A DNA stretch of 64,000 nucleotides from an uncultured Clostridia bacterium (GCA_947631575.1 CANRLW010000005.1:4264-68263); one strand, 5' to 3'; shown: positions 50,101 to 56,064, counted from the stretch's first letter. The notes: a model not told the origin generated them from the letters alone. Numbers and translations are program-made.

Positions 50101-50503
50101 CGAGATGAACGTTGGGGTCATACTTTACAGTAAAATTAGGCGTTGCTGCGGAGCTGTTAAGCGTAACGCAGTCGTTGCCCGCAGACACAGCAAAGCCGGA
50201 GAACGTTTCTTTTGATGCGTCAGGATTTGCATTGAAAGTCAATGTTTGTTCATCAGCCGCACCACCTTCAGGCTGGACTTCTTCACCATTATCATTATAT
50301 GTTCCATCTTTATGAAGAGTGATGTCTGATACTTTCGGCTCATCGTCTCCGGCATGCCAGTGTTTAACAATGATATGCATTTCCGGCTCTGTGCTCGCCG
50401 CAGACATAAGAGTGTTCAGCGACAGCCCCGCGAAGGTTGAAATAACTATCGCGAAACTCAGTAATACTGAAACAAAACGATTGAATCCTTTTTTTGTTGT
50501 CAT
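35147..50503 (-). CDS. Giant (5118 aa) sortase-anchored surface protein: signal peptide, split vWA domain, two LamG-like domains, about 23 Spy0128/FctA-like Ig repeats, NPHTG anchor
   Basis: N-terminal hydrophobic leader; LILDASGS, GGTYT, ILFTDG; repeats of K-x-L/I-x-G-R-x-W...F-x-F...FTNxY; C-terminal NPHTG, TM helix, KKKRSKK. Confidence 0.88.
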   Translation of the reverse strand: MTTKKGFNRFVSVLLSFAIVISTFAGLSLNTLMSAASTEPEMHIIVKHWHAGDDEPKVSDITLHKDGTYNDNGEEVQPEGGAADEQTLTFNANPDASKETFSGFAVSAGNDCVTLNSSAATPNFTVKYDPNVHLVKVHVFYSAKPKLVPGTEMQVGAGTGVEIDDEYQDTKTQTWGDLDPTLKENIIKALGDDGVIDPDSLSDTDLIKLYNTSEGLHTDKTATAVYDGDENDAGTTEDDIKDNGTRVFDINLEAWYNYQAKAKVGLILDASGSMAFISDGLTPMHFDYDEGKGYKIGSNTNLDVKPNQYLTPAQVNQLLDINLTDNSKLSYSGYTYYIFDTRDFTQEFVPLAYWGGEEKSKIKPIALYPFDGTLNEKIKSGVAKLINNVAKGGTFNKDSIPTVSVAPTYVTGDNNTLDLKATAEKGGLMLDIDTPEKFTIAMRIQSTVYAQDKNKYEEIPLVYIGDPNGQNYIKVVRSSSDARNIKVYKNNNMIINYGSSTTKKPFHDNEWVNVCLSYDGKDITIAEYDNKQTTSIGTNSYTLSDFSTENAKIIIGGDIDGRSGEYSPMQLTEFCVFDKVLGSGDLTTVNTNTNIKKYTTMSDIGNLVAYYDFGDTSNGAHEQLANLVESSKSLTFIEQAKDGEFSKKELTDDTPIDPVFDKDGALNLTQTAKKGGILLNVVPTDKNNFTISFFIKNESGDTPNHEAELVYMGPLSTESEYYNIYRSQNKSTSSSGDPKHIRFSENSQYGNKASGSNVFNQGGDWKKVTFTVQNGVAKAYVDGLAVETAGGSSNKNTFGLLDEDDFNIILGGLKDEYDGKDILIKDFAIYDSVLTDKQVEEISSSENNHIAVTEDGSVIGKYPDVMESLTPEQRAGWYFVNSGSNLKNFYDNIGTAKEFCGLVPDEVIANKIDLSKLPQSVQDYFGDDEKKALVEEGNGGFIATSGKDFTGKGYLWDGKDSATNVTVESSEEATYKVAIEVPSEGSRQVDGNSPCVFFIDSAGYLRCFYNNGGNTHTKDSKGNDNYTDELRSGVSYVYQKDDDTTIKTEDLSYALGQFAAKLHNATPNSMVSAVRFSNQNVAEGYAKGKPDEDGYDKNVLKKLVMLDWTSDTKEISELLSLTRGDGGMTSTGSETSDPTGKDLAKDAVALEQYNYGMTGGTYTWTGFKAYTEFLNKQIAEGDEAKKYIILFTDGMDNMLDETEDERNYAITLANELKKEYTIFCVVLRNKTFDTGAESGKETRGERVRKYMAEIAGNSATKGETYETLADKYIFEANDVNSLTSAFTGEILSQISSSLIDYTVQDYIDPRFDLVDRTGDTIVLGKDGKVTIKGEDGKVKEETLSTDYPKGYSNPNAKGVIYNIDGEKAILCYNTDKDRYYLEWVEQTIPGTTPRENSLTIWSRTFRIKAKEDFIGGNAILSNGNGAKENWVFCPEEDETKTSSGVDNKKVEKGGEGNVTDPYVSKGFPRTAVNVRLLTPKADGGKNEIYMGETINPQAVAKDIIEMVQHNCYWDYLGRYYSRDPLGQLASAGKTVDSTSYANAFENAITELLKGTVTGDAFKVSDYAGLEDYLKLKGIDATTINTAHKLTVPYMYLPNQAGDDYTNTVGDKDYQKDQTGSITYMIIQNTPEDELGGPVTTKDTKERSYIIWVQFTADEESDRETKLETFVTDDHYKRDKEYKPVAGTKQTEKHIAGPYDVDIVAGEIILEWELINDTLAYLANHFPDTTITYTADLMRSYLDNAGKVMTEQVGKFEVVINCSGDNPTTKATFTPDSEYEDRLLKNKYGLPIGSYTLAKEETTIGGESKTELQTLLGKCFKGFDSATAVEINDAYSKDFDGYDPKSSGGIALMSAVDNLTEWSKYKAEFSNEDGSKIYLGWNDKTKANTTVGEYINDRLGVFLIKGDIDKGSLSITKKVDYDTSKYGNFYDNNTEFTFKVILKSGEEDLPGSFDYKINDVKAGTIDATHNTITLKKDETATIEGIPVGTTFTVKEEENVPGYTADSPSATGEITKEGKSVTVTNKYSASGELELEVAKVIEGRKWIDKDTFTFEVKRTDKGIDDAVTMPTETTVEINNKTTDHTAKFGKIIFNRIGTYTFTVTETSGDGNGLESDKTVYTVTVEVTGGTGGKLNLKVTYVTVTEGPTDYETGTPLTFTNKAKPVNWSFNVDKNLTGRDWLESDTFEFTAEVSSSGTEVTTPVEFGEGTGKTEDKKSVNKDTHTATFGVYFYSEGTYTFTVKETEGSIKGVTYDETAHIIKVVVKANETAGVLEVTSVTVDGEPADTSTSLKFTNTYKVTGDVSIPVQKTFTGREDNEWLGTDQFEFEIKAADEDDEEAKAAIKNSKVTITEEKGIVNFELNFNGIELKQDTLGNYTKTFTYKVSEVNGGKGGITYDTTVYTVTVTISDAGEGKLSSKVEVTGGELSEGHMLFKNTYKAAPVEWAPSVKKDLTGREWNSDSFTFTLTAGAENPDGATIKGNTVTISDSDESEDYTKKFDEIEFTKPGEYTFTITEDKPAGLVGGKLNGVEYSNTKYTVTVVVDDNNEGQLVITKITYINSTTSKTTEVKSDYDEITLPFTNKYTASGDAEFDVKKTIDGRDWNGDETFTFTLTPDKDNPEGKITFGDIELGYDNISGTDKTTASKTFTIGFSGITFEDGNSKEYKFTLTEDGGSIPGVTYSNKTYEIKVTVEDKNHDGELETTVVITDNETKETTGTVATFTNTYEADKVTWAPNVEKTLEGRDWIESDEFTFNIEHTPIAGEPKDGVEMPADTTAKVSKNNVTAQFKEITFKNAGTYKFTISEVKPKLDENGKLNGVAYSNAKYEVTVTIADDGKGSLYVASVAYDDINDSTTSVTKVEDEESITKLKFSFTNVYTDEPVDWTVWINKTLTGRVGDWLEGIDVFKFFMELEEGDKTNVDMPTDNFVIIDNKTSANTEGVRSNSFGKITFNKQGDYIFTVYEYDGGVGGIHYDQTRYKLTVHVGSNNEGNLVITSVDYDYGKTGKWTGDNATNVQLSFKNDHSHQSVKWTPEVQKVLVGRKWADDEFKFIITYNGTEGTDKIIMPTDYTATVNAKSEESKSQFNQIVFKEIGEYTFTVDEELTSEQAEKGLTKITKAYTIVVVVKSYNGIDDGHEDGKLYIESVTVNGEKSDSTNVVLPFTNKYTASGEATFDVKKTIEGREWNGDKFSFTLTPKEVYSGVKVSESSFELDSADPKSLTITFDNIDFKDGKSKVYTFTLEEDDSSKYPGMTYSDVIEINVTVTDNGDGTISTSVKVNDDEEETDVVEVVNKYVPTSTSWTPTVSKALIGRDWVESDSFTFNLNLSRGISGNLTFAEKSVTIYGTDEEKTKSFGTITFNKAGEYTFAISEDGTDDKGLTYDDYVYSVEVTVEDDKLGNLKITSIVYKDKEDNEITVESNFDGITLEFENNYEPEPVGWTVTVEKEIYDQEETGRDKDWTDVDNFEFTIEPGENNPANVEFEDNKTSVILDMKSPLKEDDSPFRVGSFGTIIFTKAGTYKFTVKETKGSVGGMHYDETVYNITVIVSDNNEGKLYIESVSCNDKAYDDKTEIKLQFTNTHHHGAISFTPSVTKDLEGRVWDGDNFNFTLEYKGEQVEGEVELVYDPNTHKVNINEKSSATVKNENTKTSFPTITFHEIGTYVFTVSENNLTAEQIAKGLTKDPTVYTIIVTVKSREDGKLYIDNLKVNGEECDPTNVVLSFTNKYTASGKASVKFQKTIDGRKWKDGDKFSFTLTPATGNPKGTITLPDSIELTKDGESTFEIVFEDIAFSERETQKTYTFTLEEDDSSKYPGMTYDETVYTIEVTVTDEDHDGKLETAVKVVGTEDDVAAFTNTYKATSTSWTPNVSKTLIGRNWIKGDKFTFNIEHTPITGEPANGVKMPANTEATVSGTIGTNTPADASFEAIEFTEAGTYGFTISEAGTDGNGLTYDKNVYNVTVTIGDDLDKGELYVDSISYGTTTIARKDVDGHTFSFTNTYTDKPVDWTVSINKILEGREGDWLDGIDVFKFFISPENDYGTNVDMPTKNYIQIDKNSKNTEGVRSAYFDTITFNKKGDYTFKVYEEQGTAGGILYDSTEHILTVHVGSDNKGNLVITSVEHDTDADHAGVDETWTGSSAENVQLTFVNHHSHKAVDWKPSVQKTLSGRDWVKGDSFKFRITYNGVVDKNKIIMPTDTTTSVVSSESKSFNTIRFVEIGEYTFTVNEELTSDQAAKGLTKDTKAYRIVVTVKSYNGTETGHKDGELYIESITVNGDDYDPTKDVVLPFTNKYTASGAAELTVQKTLEGKEWDGDNFTFTLTPDGDYDGVSIPEIGLSSAAKKIFKINFKNITFDSGNSNVYNFTLTEDSGNVHGMIYDKTKYNIKVTVTDNGDGTISSTVEVTNADGTQAKDNVAAFKNTYKPNSIKWAPKVSKTLSGRNWKDTDSFTFSIALDGTSENVTFADGGKVVINGTDAEKIKSFGDITFTKAGTYTFTVSEVGTDGNGLTYDKHVYKVTVSVTDENGVLNISSITYEDNKVSDKFDDVTFEFVNKYEPKPVTWTPSVTKVITYKPTWESNYKFDFTITPPTRTDGVKYAENTVTADSEHKTVDFPTVTFTAAGKYEFTVQEKQGDISAVKYDTTPHKITVTVEDINGTLTITDVSGTDTGSDSNLTITNTYSTEVSWPPLVEKTIDGRYWKDGDAFTFTLSLAPDSPDKVGPDAMPDDITLTFADVVSLKKAEKAFEGVNFTNPGTYKFILKESTQSSGNMTCDLSQYIITVVVTRDGNGELVVSPSAMKQDSSGYTQEAGSYSFTNTYKPEQTDVTIYVEKELDGWKDNDGGFTFDITLTNGNSANVIMPDLTYLTVTKNVPTATFDKIIFTAEGDYEFTVTEREGTNDKIIYAKSQKVTVKVRADESTGKLVASVDSGDSTNPLKFVNHYINDAKLPKGTIIITKVLENWKDGDSFTFEITLTSGNAESVVFADNIATVTVTKDAPTASFGDITFTDEGEYTFTITELSNADDGIIYDTSEYTVTVSVKRDDEHYTLQVIDGLDEVNLTFTNSYKPDDPNDSDDSDDSDDSDDSDVDGDNDNDNPHTGVLPNLTMFATATLAMATALFLKKKRSKK

Positions 50504-50754
50504 ATAAAGTTCCCCCTCAGAGAAAAAATATATTCAATTTTTATCTATATAGATAGATGCACACTATAATTCTAGCAAAAAAATCGTTTTCTTTCAAGTA
50601 ATTATGAATAATTTTTCATCTTCGTGTTACTTTTTTGTGCAGTCTGACGAATTTTTCTCTTTGACTTTGTTATTTGTGACCGTGAAAAAAGCCCCGCCAT
50701 TTCACGGCAGAGCAGAGGTTTTATTAAAATTTCCATATAATAGAAAACACATCA

Positions 50755-50975
50755 GCGCATTTTTGCGGTTTTAGAGGTAAGAAATAAGAGGTCAGAAATG
50801 AGCGAACAACTGTTCGGCACAAATTCTAACCTCTTACCTCTAACCTCTAACTTCTAATGCCTAACCTTTACAAAAAAGATTTTTTCGGTCGAGCCAAAAG
50901 AAATCGTCCCGCAACAGCGTACGGGACGAACCGGGTGCACGCATTATCCGCCTGCGGCGGAAAACGCTGCATTGC
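50755..50975. repeat. Composite repeat locus (inverted heptamer arms, module D) abutting the att remnant
   Basis: TAGAGGTAAGAAATAAGAGGTCAG (50772-) versus CTAACCTCTTACCTCTAACCTCTAACTTC (50826-); GCATTATCCGCCTGCGGCGGAAAACGCT as at 30285 and 30515. Confidence 0.8.
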
Positions 50976-51145
50976 TCTGCTGGCGGAAAGAGAGGGATTG
51001 AATTTAACCAATTTTTTAGTTTTGCTTTTGTCCACTTATCTTTTAAATTCCTTGATATTATGCGGAATTTTCTGTTTGCCCGTTTATGGAAAATTAAGGA
51101 AAAACCAACGAATTTCGACCAAAACGGGGTAAAAACGGGGCAAAT

Positions 51146-51709
51146 TTATAACCCAAATTTCTTGACCGTCCTATAAAAAGTGTTTGGTTTTAAGCCAACT
51201 TTCTTCATTGTTTCGGTAGCTGTTTGTTTGCCCGACCGCCAAAGTGCGCACTCTTTGCGGAGAAGTTTTTCATCATAAGAAACAGGCTTTCTTCCCGCAT
51301 ATTTGCCCTGCTGTTTAGCAATTTCAATTCCCTCACGCTGACGCTCTTTAATGACCTCACGCTCAAATTCGGCAAGCGCTCCGAAGATTGTGAGCATTAA
51401 CTTGCCCTGCGGCGTTTTCGTATCGAGGTTTTCTTTCTGCGAAATAACTGCAACGCCTTTAGCTTGAAGTTTGTCAATTATCGTCAGTAAATCTCTGACG
51501 CTCCTTGCAAGTCTTGCATACTCCGTAACAATCACGGTATCGCCCTCTCTTACATAGTCCAACATTGCCGACAGTTGAGGTCGCGCCATATTCTTCCCCG
51601 ACAGCTTATCGAGGAACACCTTGTCGCAGGGTATCTTCTTGAACGCCTCTAACTGCCGAGCCTCGTTCTGGTCGATACTGCTTACTCTCGCATAACCTAT
51701 GTTTGCCAT
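51146..51709 (-). CDS. Serine recombinase, resolvase/invertase family
   Basis: IGYARVSSIDQ catalytic Ser, DKLSGK, RPQL, RLARS, AEFEREVIKERQREG, C-terminal HTH. Confidence 0.95.
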   Translation of the reverse strand: MANIGYARVSSIDQNEARQLEAFKKIPCDKVFLDKLSGKNMARPQLSAMLDYVREGDTVIVTEYARLARSVRDLLTIIDKLQAKGVAVISQKENLDTKTPQGKLMLTIFGALAEFEREVIKERQREGIEIAKQQGKYAGRKPVSYDEKLLRKECALWRSGKQTATETMKKVGLKPNTFYRTVKKFGL

Positions 51710-51724
51710 ATTAACACCTCCAGA

Positions 51725-51880
51725 TATGTTATGTCATAATTATATCACTTTTTATGAAATATGTCAATATACACCATAACAAATGTTTTGACATAGATTT
51801 TGACATTTTCACTAAAGTATACTTCAATGACATATAAAAACAAAGTACTTCGCTTGTTGTGATTCCCGCCAACGACATAA
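51725..51880 (-). promoter_or_regulatory. Resolvase promoter overlapping a probable res site
   Basis: TTGACA-17-TATAAT on minus (51739-51767) embedded in repeated and inverted (T)GACATA motifs. Confidence 0.6.
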
Positions 51881-52134
51881 ACTGTTTTCTGGCTATTTTT
51901 TACAAATTTAACCAGAAAAGTAGAAAATTACAATAACAATATTGACAATAAGCGCAATATGTGGTAGAATGTATTAAAACAAGAGAGGAGAAGTATAAGT
52001 TTACTGTATCTTTTAAAAATTTAACATTTTGAATATGTTTCCCACTGGGCGTTTACACGCTTGGTGGGAATCTTGCATTTTAGGGAAAATGTACATTGAT
52101 TTGGTACAAAAAATTAAAGAAAGGGGTTTGTTTT

Positions 52135-52311
52135 ATGGAATTTTCGGCGGAACAAATTAACGACAAAATTAAGGAATTAAAAAGAGCGTATGCGCGTTCT
52201 TATGCGGCACAACATAAAGAGCAGCGCAAGGAACAGCAACGCCGTTGTTGGGAACGCAAGGCTCTCGCGGCTTTGGAACAGGAAATGAAAGAGCAAGAAA
52301 AAACCGATTAA
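52135..52311 (+). CDS. Small basic helical protein upstream of rep (58 aa)
   Basis: MEFSAEQ...RCWERKA...; RBS AAGGGG; upstream promoter TTGACA-17-TAGAAT at 51942. Confidence 0.65.
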   Translation: MEFSAEQINDKIKELKRAYARSYAAQHKEQRKEQQRRCWERKALAALEQEMKEQEKTD

Positions 52312-52406
52312 AAAGAAATGGCGGACTTTCGCCCGCCGAAAAACTGTGTGATGAAGGTCTGTAAACTTCACCGTTGTGATGAAGGTCTGTAAACTTCACC
52401 GTTTGC
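52308..52406 (-). ncRNA. Candidate counter-transcribed small RNA (about 95 nt) with two tandem 28-nt repeats
   Basis: Minus-strand TTGACA(52436-41)-17-TATAAT(52413-18); repeats TGTGATGAAGGTCTGTAAACTTCACCGT x2 (52347-52402); GGCGG-GCGAAAGT-CCGCC hairpin plus U tract on minus. Confidence 0.55.
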
Positions 52407-52561
52407 ATAATTATTATATCAAATATCTGGCAATATGTCAATATATTTTTTTGGAATTAACCGCAAAAATGGTTTACAAAGTACAGACCTTTATCTTCCT
52501 ACTTATATATGTTTATAGTACGTAAAAAAAGACAAATTAGTAGAAAGATGAGGTAATTTTA

Positions 52562-53866
52562 ATGCAAAAAATAGATAAATTCTTTTACGACGGACTGACA
52601 TTTACAAGGCAAAAAGAAAACTTTACTGAAATATGTAATTCAGAATTTGACTACGAAACTTTCGTCTTTCCTGCAACTTCAGACGAAAAAGTTATGGTAA
52701 ACGTAAAATTGAAATCCTGCTATCCTAAAGACCTCTTGGAAATTAATGAACTGAAAGAAGTTTACGCATATTATGACAAATTGGAGAGGGTTCATTTATT
52801 TGGCGAAAGTGAAATAGAAGAAAGCACAACTATATCTTCATCTTCATCAAGCGACAATAGCAATTCGCAAAAGCAAAAAGGTGAAAAAACAAAACGCGAA
52901 GAACCAAACGTTGCACTAATTGATGACACATACTACGTCAAGGGCTATGAAGCAGTTGAAGTTGATTTGTATAATGGTGAATTAGCATATTACGATTTGG
53001 AAAACGATGAATTAAGTAAATTCAACTTTCGAGGTTTGCAACAATTGCGAAGAGGTCATAGAGAAAAAACTAAGGACGTTTTGTTCAATTGCATCGAAGG
53101 CAAAACGCTGTTTCTCTCTTTCAATTCAGGCAATAAGTATATTCTTGACACCCTTCAAAAAATAGTTCGAGCATTTGAAAAATGGATTAAAAGAAAATAC
53201 GCAGACAACCTTAAATTTGCGGTTTTGGTATATGAACCCAACCCAGACGGCAGTTGGCACTTCCACGCTCTTATAACTTTCAATACCGTTCCCGCCGACT
53301 TTGATAAAGTTTTTGCGGACTGGGCAGACAAGTATAACAGCAAGCGCGGGATAAAAGACCAGACAAACGTGCAGCTCCTACAAACAAAGAACGATGTGCG
53401 CTTGACGTGGCTTTATTTGGACGCGACCTCTGAAAAGAAGAAAGATTATGCCGTTTTTTATCCCCCTCGGTTTAAGAATATCGTTATTTTCGGCGAGAGA
53501 ATTTCGGTACCGTCCATCAAAGTGACGGGCGAAACATTGCAGGCTTTTATAAGCGAAACCAACGCAGAGCAAATAGACGGACAGACAATGATAGTTTCAG
53601 ACACACAAACAGGAGAAGTTTTATACGAGTATGGCGAATGGTGGTTCACGGTTGATAAGAGCGTTTTGCGCGACTTAGTTACGAAAACTATAATGGATGC
53701 GATAATGTGTGACAATGAGGATATACTCACATTTTCACTATCCCGTATCGCCGAAAATGGGGGTGCAGGGGGAACGCCTGCCACAATACCTTTTGCCCGT
53801 CAGGGCGAAAGTAGTATTGTGCCTACTGTGCCACCCTATCAACTTTTAGCAAGCAAAGGAGCTTAA
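52562..53866 (+). CDS. Divergent HUH-superfamily rolling-circle replication initiator-like protein
   Basis: Motif 1-like TLFLSF, motif 2 YEPNPDGSWHFHAL, motif 3-like WLYLDA; position between a cop-like ORF and mob. Confidence 0.65.
   Translation: MQKIDKFFYDGLTFTRQKENFTEICNSEFDYETFVFPATSDEKVMVNVKLKSCYPKDLLEINELKEVYAYYDKLERVHLFGESEIEESTTISSSSSSDNSNSQKQKGEKTKREEPNVALIDDTYYVKGYEAVEVDLYNGELAYYDLENDELSKFNFRGLQQLRRGHREKTKDVLFNCIEGKTLFLSFNSGNKYILDTLQKIVRAFEKWIKRKYADNLKFAVLVYEPNPDGSWHFHALITFNTVPADFDKVFADWADKYNSKRGIKDQTNVQLLQTKNDVRLTWLYLDATSEKKKDYAVFYPPRFKNIVIFGERISVPSIKVTGETLQAFISETNAEQIDGQTMIVSDTQTGEVLYEYGEWWFTVDKSVLRDLVTKTIMDAIMCDNEDILTFSLSRIAENGGAGGTPATIPFARQGESSIVPTVPPYQLLASKGA
53759..53840. promoter_or_regulatory. 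Putative MOB-V oriT
   Basis: Hairpins TTTTGCCC-GTCA-GGGCGAAA and AGTAG-TATTGTGC-CTACT just upstream of the mob gene, the usual position of MOB-V oriT. Confidence 0.45.
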
Positions 53867-53870
53867 TTAA

Positions 53871-55124
53871 ATGGGAAATAATGGAAAATGTTTATCGGTA
53901 TCAATGAGCCAAGGGACGGTCGCACTCAATCACAATCGCAGAGAGCATACCCCGAAAAATGCAAACGCAAACCTCTCACATCACAATGTTTATATCAAAA
54001 CTTGTTCGGATTTAGAAAAAGCGTTTAATGAGATTTTTGGAAATGATGTTGCAAATTACAACGAAAAGCAAACCCGCAGTGACCGCCGAATTAAAAATTA
54101 CTATCAGAAAATTCATTCAAGTGAGGGAAAAGAAAATACGGCTAAGACCTGCTATGAATATGTATTTATGTTCGGCAACAGTGAAGATAACAACATAGCA
54201 GAGTTGGGCGAGAATGAAAGCGTATGGGACAGCAGGAATATGCTATTGGAACTTGAAAAGGCATTTGAAGAAAAATATCCAAACCTGAAAGTCGTTTCTG
54301 CGGTGGTGCATATGGACGAGCAAACGCCACATCTGCATATTGATTTTATTCCCGTTGCGACAGGTTACAAAAAAGGAATGGAACATCAATGTTCTTTAAC
54401 AAAGGCTCTTGAAAATTTAGGTTTTCAGAAAACCGAAAAACTTGCAGTTCAAAATTGGCAGGACGATGCAAAACAACTGATGACAGATATTCTTAACAAG
54501 TACGGATATGAACGCGAGTACAAGAATAACACCGAGAAACATTTGTCTGTCGACAAATTCAAACTCCTAAAGGAAAACGAAGAACTTCTCGAAGAAACTG
54601 AAATCAACAAAAAGGTTGTTCGCGAAAGTCGGGAACAGGTTGCCAAGATAAAAGCATTACAAGAGAAACTACAAACTGAAACCGAAGAATTTGTTTCATC
54701 ACTAACGCCTGCACCCACCAAAAAAGTTAAAACGCTTTTTGGAGAAAAGGAAGTTGAAAAATCTGCCGAGGAGTTACAGCGCGACAAAGAAATCTTAGCG
54801 GCACAGTCCGCACTAAAAGCCTGCGCCACTCGACAAGAGAAACAGGAGATTAAGGAAAAGCAACTGAAAGAATTGTCAAAGACCGTTGAAAAAGAAGCAC
54901 TGCAAAATGAAATAGAGCGAAAGACGCTTGTTGAAGAAAAACAGGCTCTTGAAAAAGAAAAGCAGTCATTTGCTATGGCGGTAGCATTAAAGGCAAGACA
55001 AATAGTTGACAAAGTATTGCGCTCACTTGGCATTAGACTGAATAGAGGACACGATTTGACCGAACAGATAAATTTAGCAATCCAGAAAGAAAGGAACGGT
55101 GAAGAACAGTGGAAACAACGATAA
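53871..55124 (+). CDS. mobV: MobV/Pre family relaxase (plasmid recombination enzyme)
   Basis: NHNRRE, CYEYVF, VVHMDEQTPHLHIDFIP, coiled-coil C-terminus. Confidence 0.92.
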   Translation: MGNNGKCLSVSMSQGTVALNHNRREHTPKNANANLSHHNVYIKTCSDLEKAFNEIFGNDVANYNEKQTRSDRRIKNYYQKIHSSEGKENTAKTCYEYVFMFGNSEDNNIAELGENESVWDSRNMLLELEKAFEEKYPNLKVVSAVVHMDEQTPHLHIDFIPVATGYKKGMEHQCSLTKALENLGFQKTEKLAVQNWQDDAKQLMTDILNKYGYEREYKNNTEKHLSVDKFKLLKENEELLEETEINKKVVRESREQVAKIKALQEKLQTETEEFVSSLTPAPTKKVKTLFGEKEVEKSAEELQRDKEILAAQSALKACATRQEKQEIKEKQLKELSKTVEKEALQNEIERKTLVEEKQALEKEKQSFAMAVALKARQIVDKVLRSLGIRLNRGHDLTEQINLAIQKERNGEEQWKQR

Positions 55125-55384
55125 CGATTGAGCCTATGTCAGTCTCTCACTTCTCGGAAAATGCGCAGAAACGTTATTCGGTCAGTTTTTCAACGACTAT
55201 ACCGCTTGAAATCCCTGTGCAGGACGCTTGGGAAATCGTTAGGCAGGTAATCAGTATATGCTTTCCTACCGAGAACGTAAGGCTCGAAACGCTGACAGAG
55301 GACTTAGCGCAAGACCGATATGCCTTTTCCGTCAGCGGAAACAGGATAACGCCAAAACGACAAGAGGTGACAATTTACATATAA
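55109..55384 (+). CDS. Hypothetical protein
   Basis: 91-aa ORF overlapping the mobV stop. Confidence 0.5.
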   Translation: METTITIEPMSVSHFSENAQKRYSVSFSTTIPLEIPVQDAWEIVRQVISICFPTENVRLETLTEDLAQDRYAFSVSGNRITPKRQEVTIYI

Positions 55385-55756
55385 CGTAAACTTGGACAAA
55401 CGAGGAATGGGGTTTGAAGATTGTTTCCGTACCGACAGCCACACCGAACAACAAAGCTCTTTTCTCCCTCTCGCCGCGCACGCCGAAAGGCGGTATGAGC
55501 CGCGACAGCGGCGATTTGGGTAAGCCGCAGGCTGGTAGATAAGATACATAAACTCGGTTTTCAATCAACAATAAGCGCTCAAAAATGCGTTCTATCGTGC
55601 TTATAAAGTAAGGCTTATAAGTTTATCGAATAAGCTCTGAAACGCAAATATAGGGCAATTTAGACGGCAAATATGATATATTAAAATACAAAACGAATAA
55701 AATACTTGACATTTCAAAGATAATAATCTAAAATAAAGCTGAAAGGATAAGTATAT

Positions 55757-56050
55757 ATGAGAAAAAATAAAGTTAATATACCAGCAGTTACAAGTTTAAA
55801 GACCGCTTTGGAGATTTATTACACAAAAATACAACTGAACAATGCAGACGTAGCCGAGCTGTTCGGCAACCACGCTCAAAGCACTATTTCCGCATTAAAA
55901 AAGGTTGCAAGAGATTATATGACAGAAAACAAAATTATGTTATACAATTCGAGAGATGTAAACACCAAAGCAGCGTATGCTGCGTGGGGTATCGACATAG
56001 CAGAAATCGAAAGGCGATACAAGAAAAGCAAAGAAATTGAACGAGTATAA
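55757..56050 (+). CDS. Small protein upstream of integrase, possible excisionase/regulator
   Basis: 97 aa, HTH-like NNADVAELFG...STISALK; promoter TTGACA-17-TAAAAT at 55706-55734; RBS AAGGA. Confidence 0.65.
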   Translation: MRKNKVNIPAVTSLKTALEIYYTKIQLNNADVAELFGNHAQSTISALKKVARDYMTENKIMLYNSRDVNTKAAYAAWGIDIAEIERRYKKSKEIERV

Positions 56051-56064
56051 AGGAGTAATTACAA

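Noticed and set aside
35147-50503. Diversity-generating retroelement or shufflon acting on the adhesin
   Set aside because: No reverse transcriptase, no TR/VR pair with adenine-specific differences, and no inverted recombination sites with alternative gene ends were seen.
35240-50507. Many plus-strand ORFs (up to 319 aa) opposite the giant gene
   Set aside because: Shadow frames caused by the codon bias of the long minus-strand ORF.
34000-50980. Giant adhesin as cargo of the tRNA-Ser element
   Set aside because: The att repeat at 50981 closes the element before the gene, no further att copy was seen to the left, and host-type repeats lie between them.
52169-52441. Minus-strand 90-aa and 64-aa ORFs across the 28-bp repeats as a possible toxin
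   Set aside because: The 90-aa start coincides with the -35 box, both cross the terminator hairpin, and neither has an RBS or motif.
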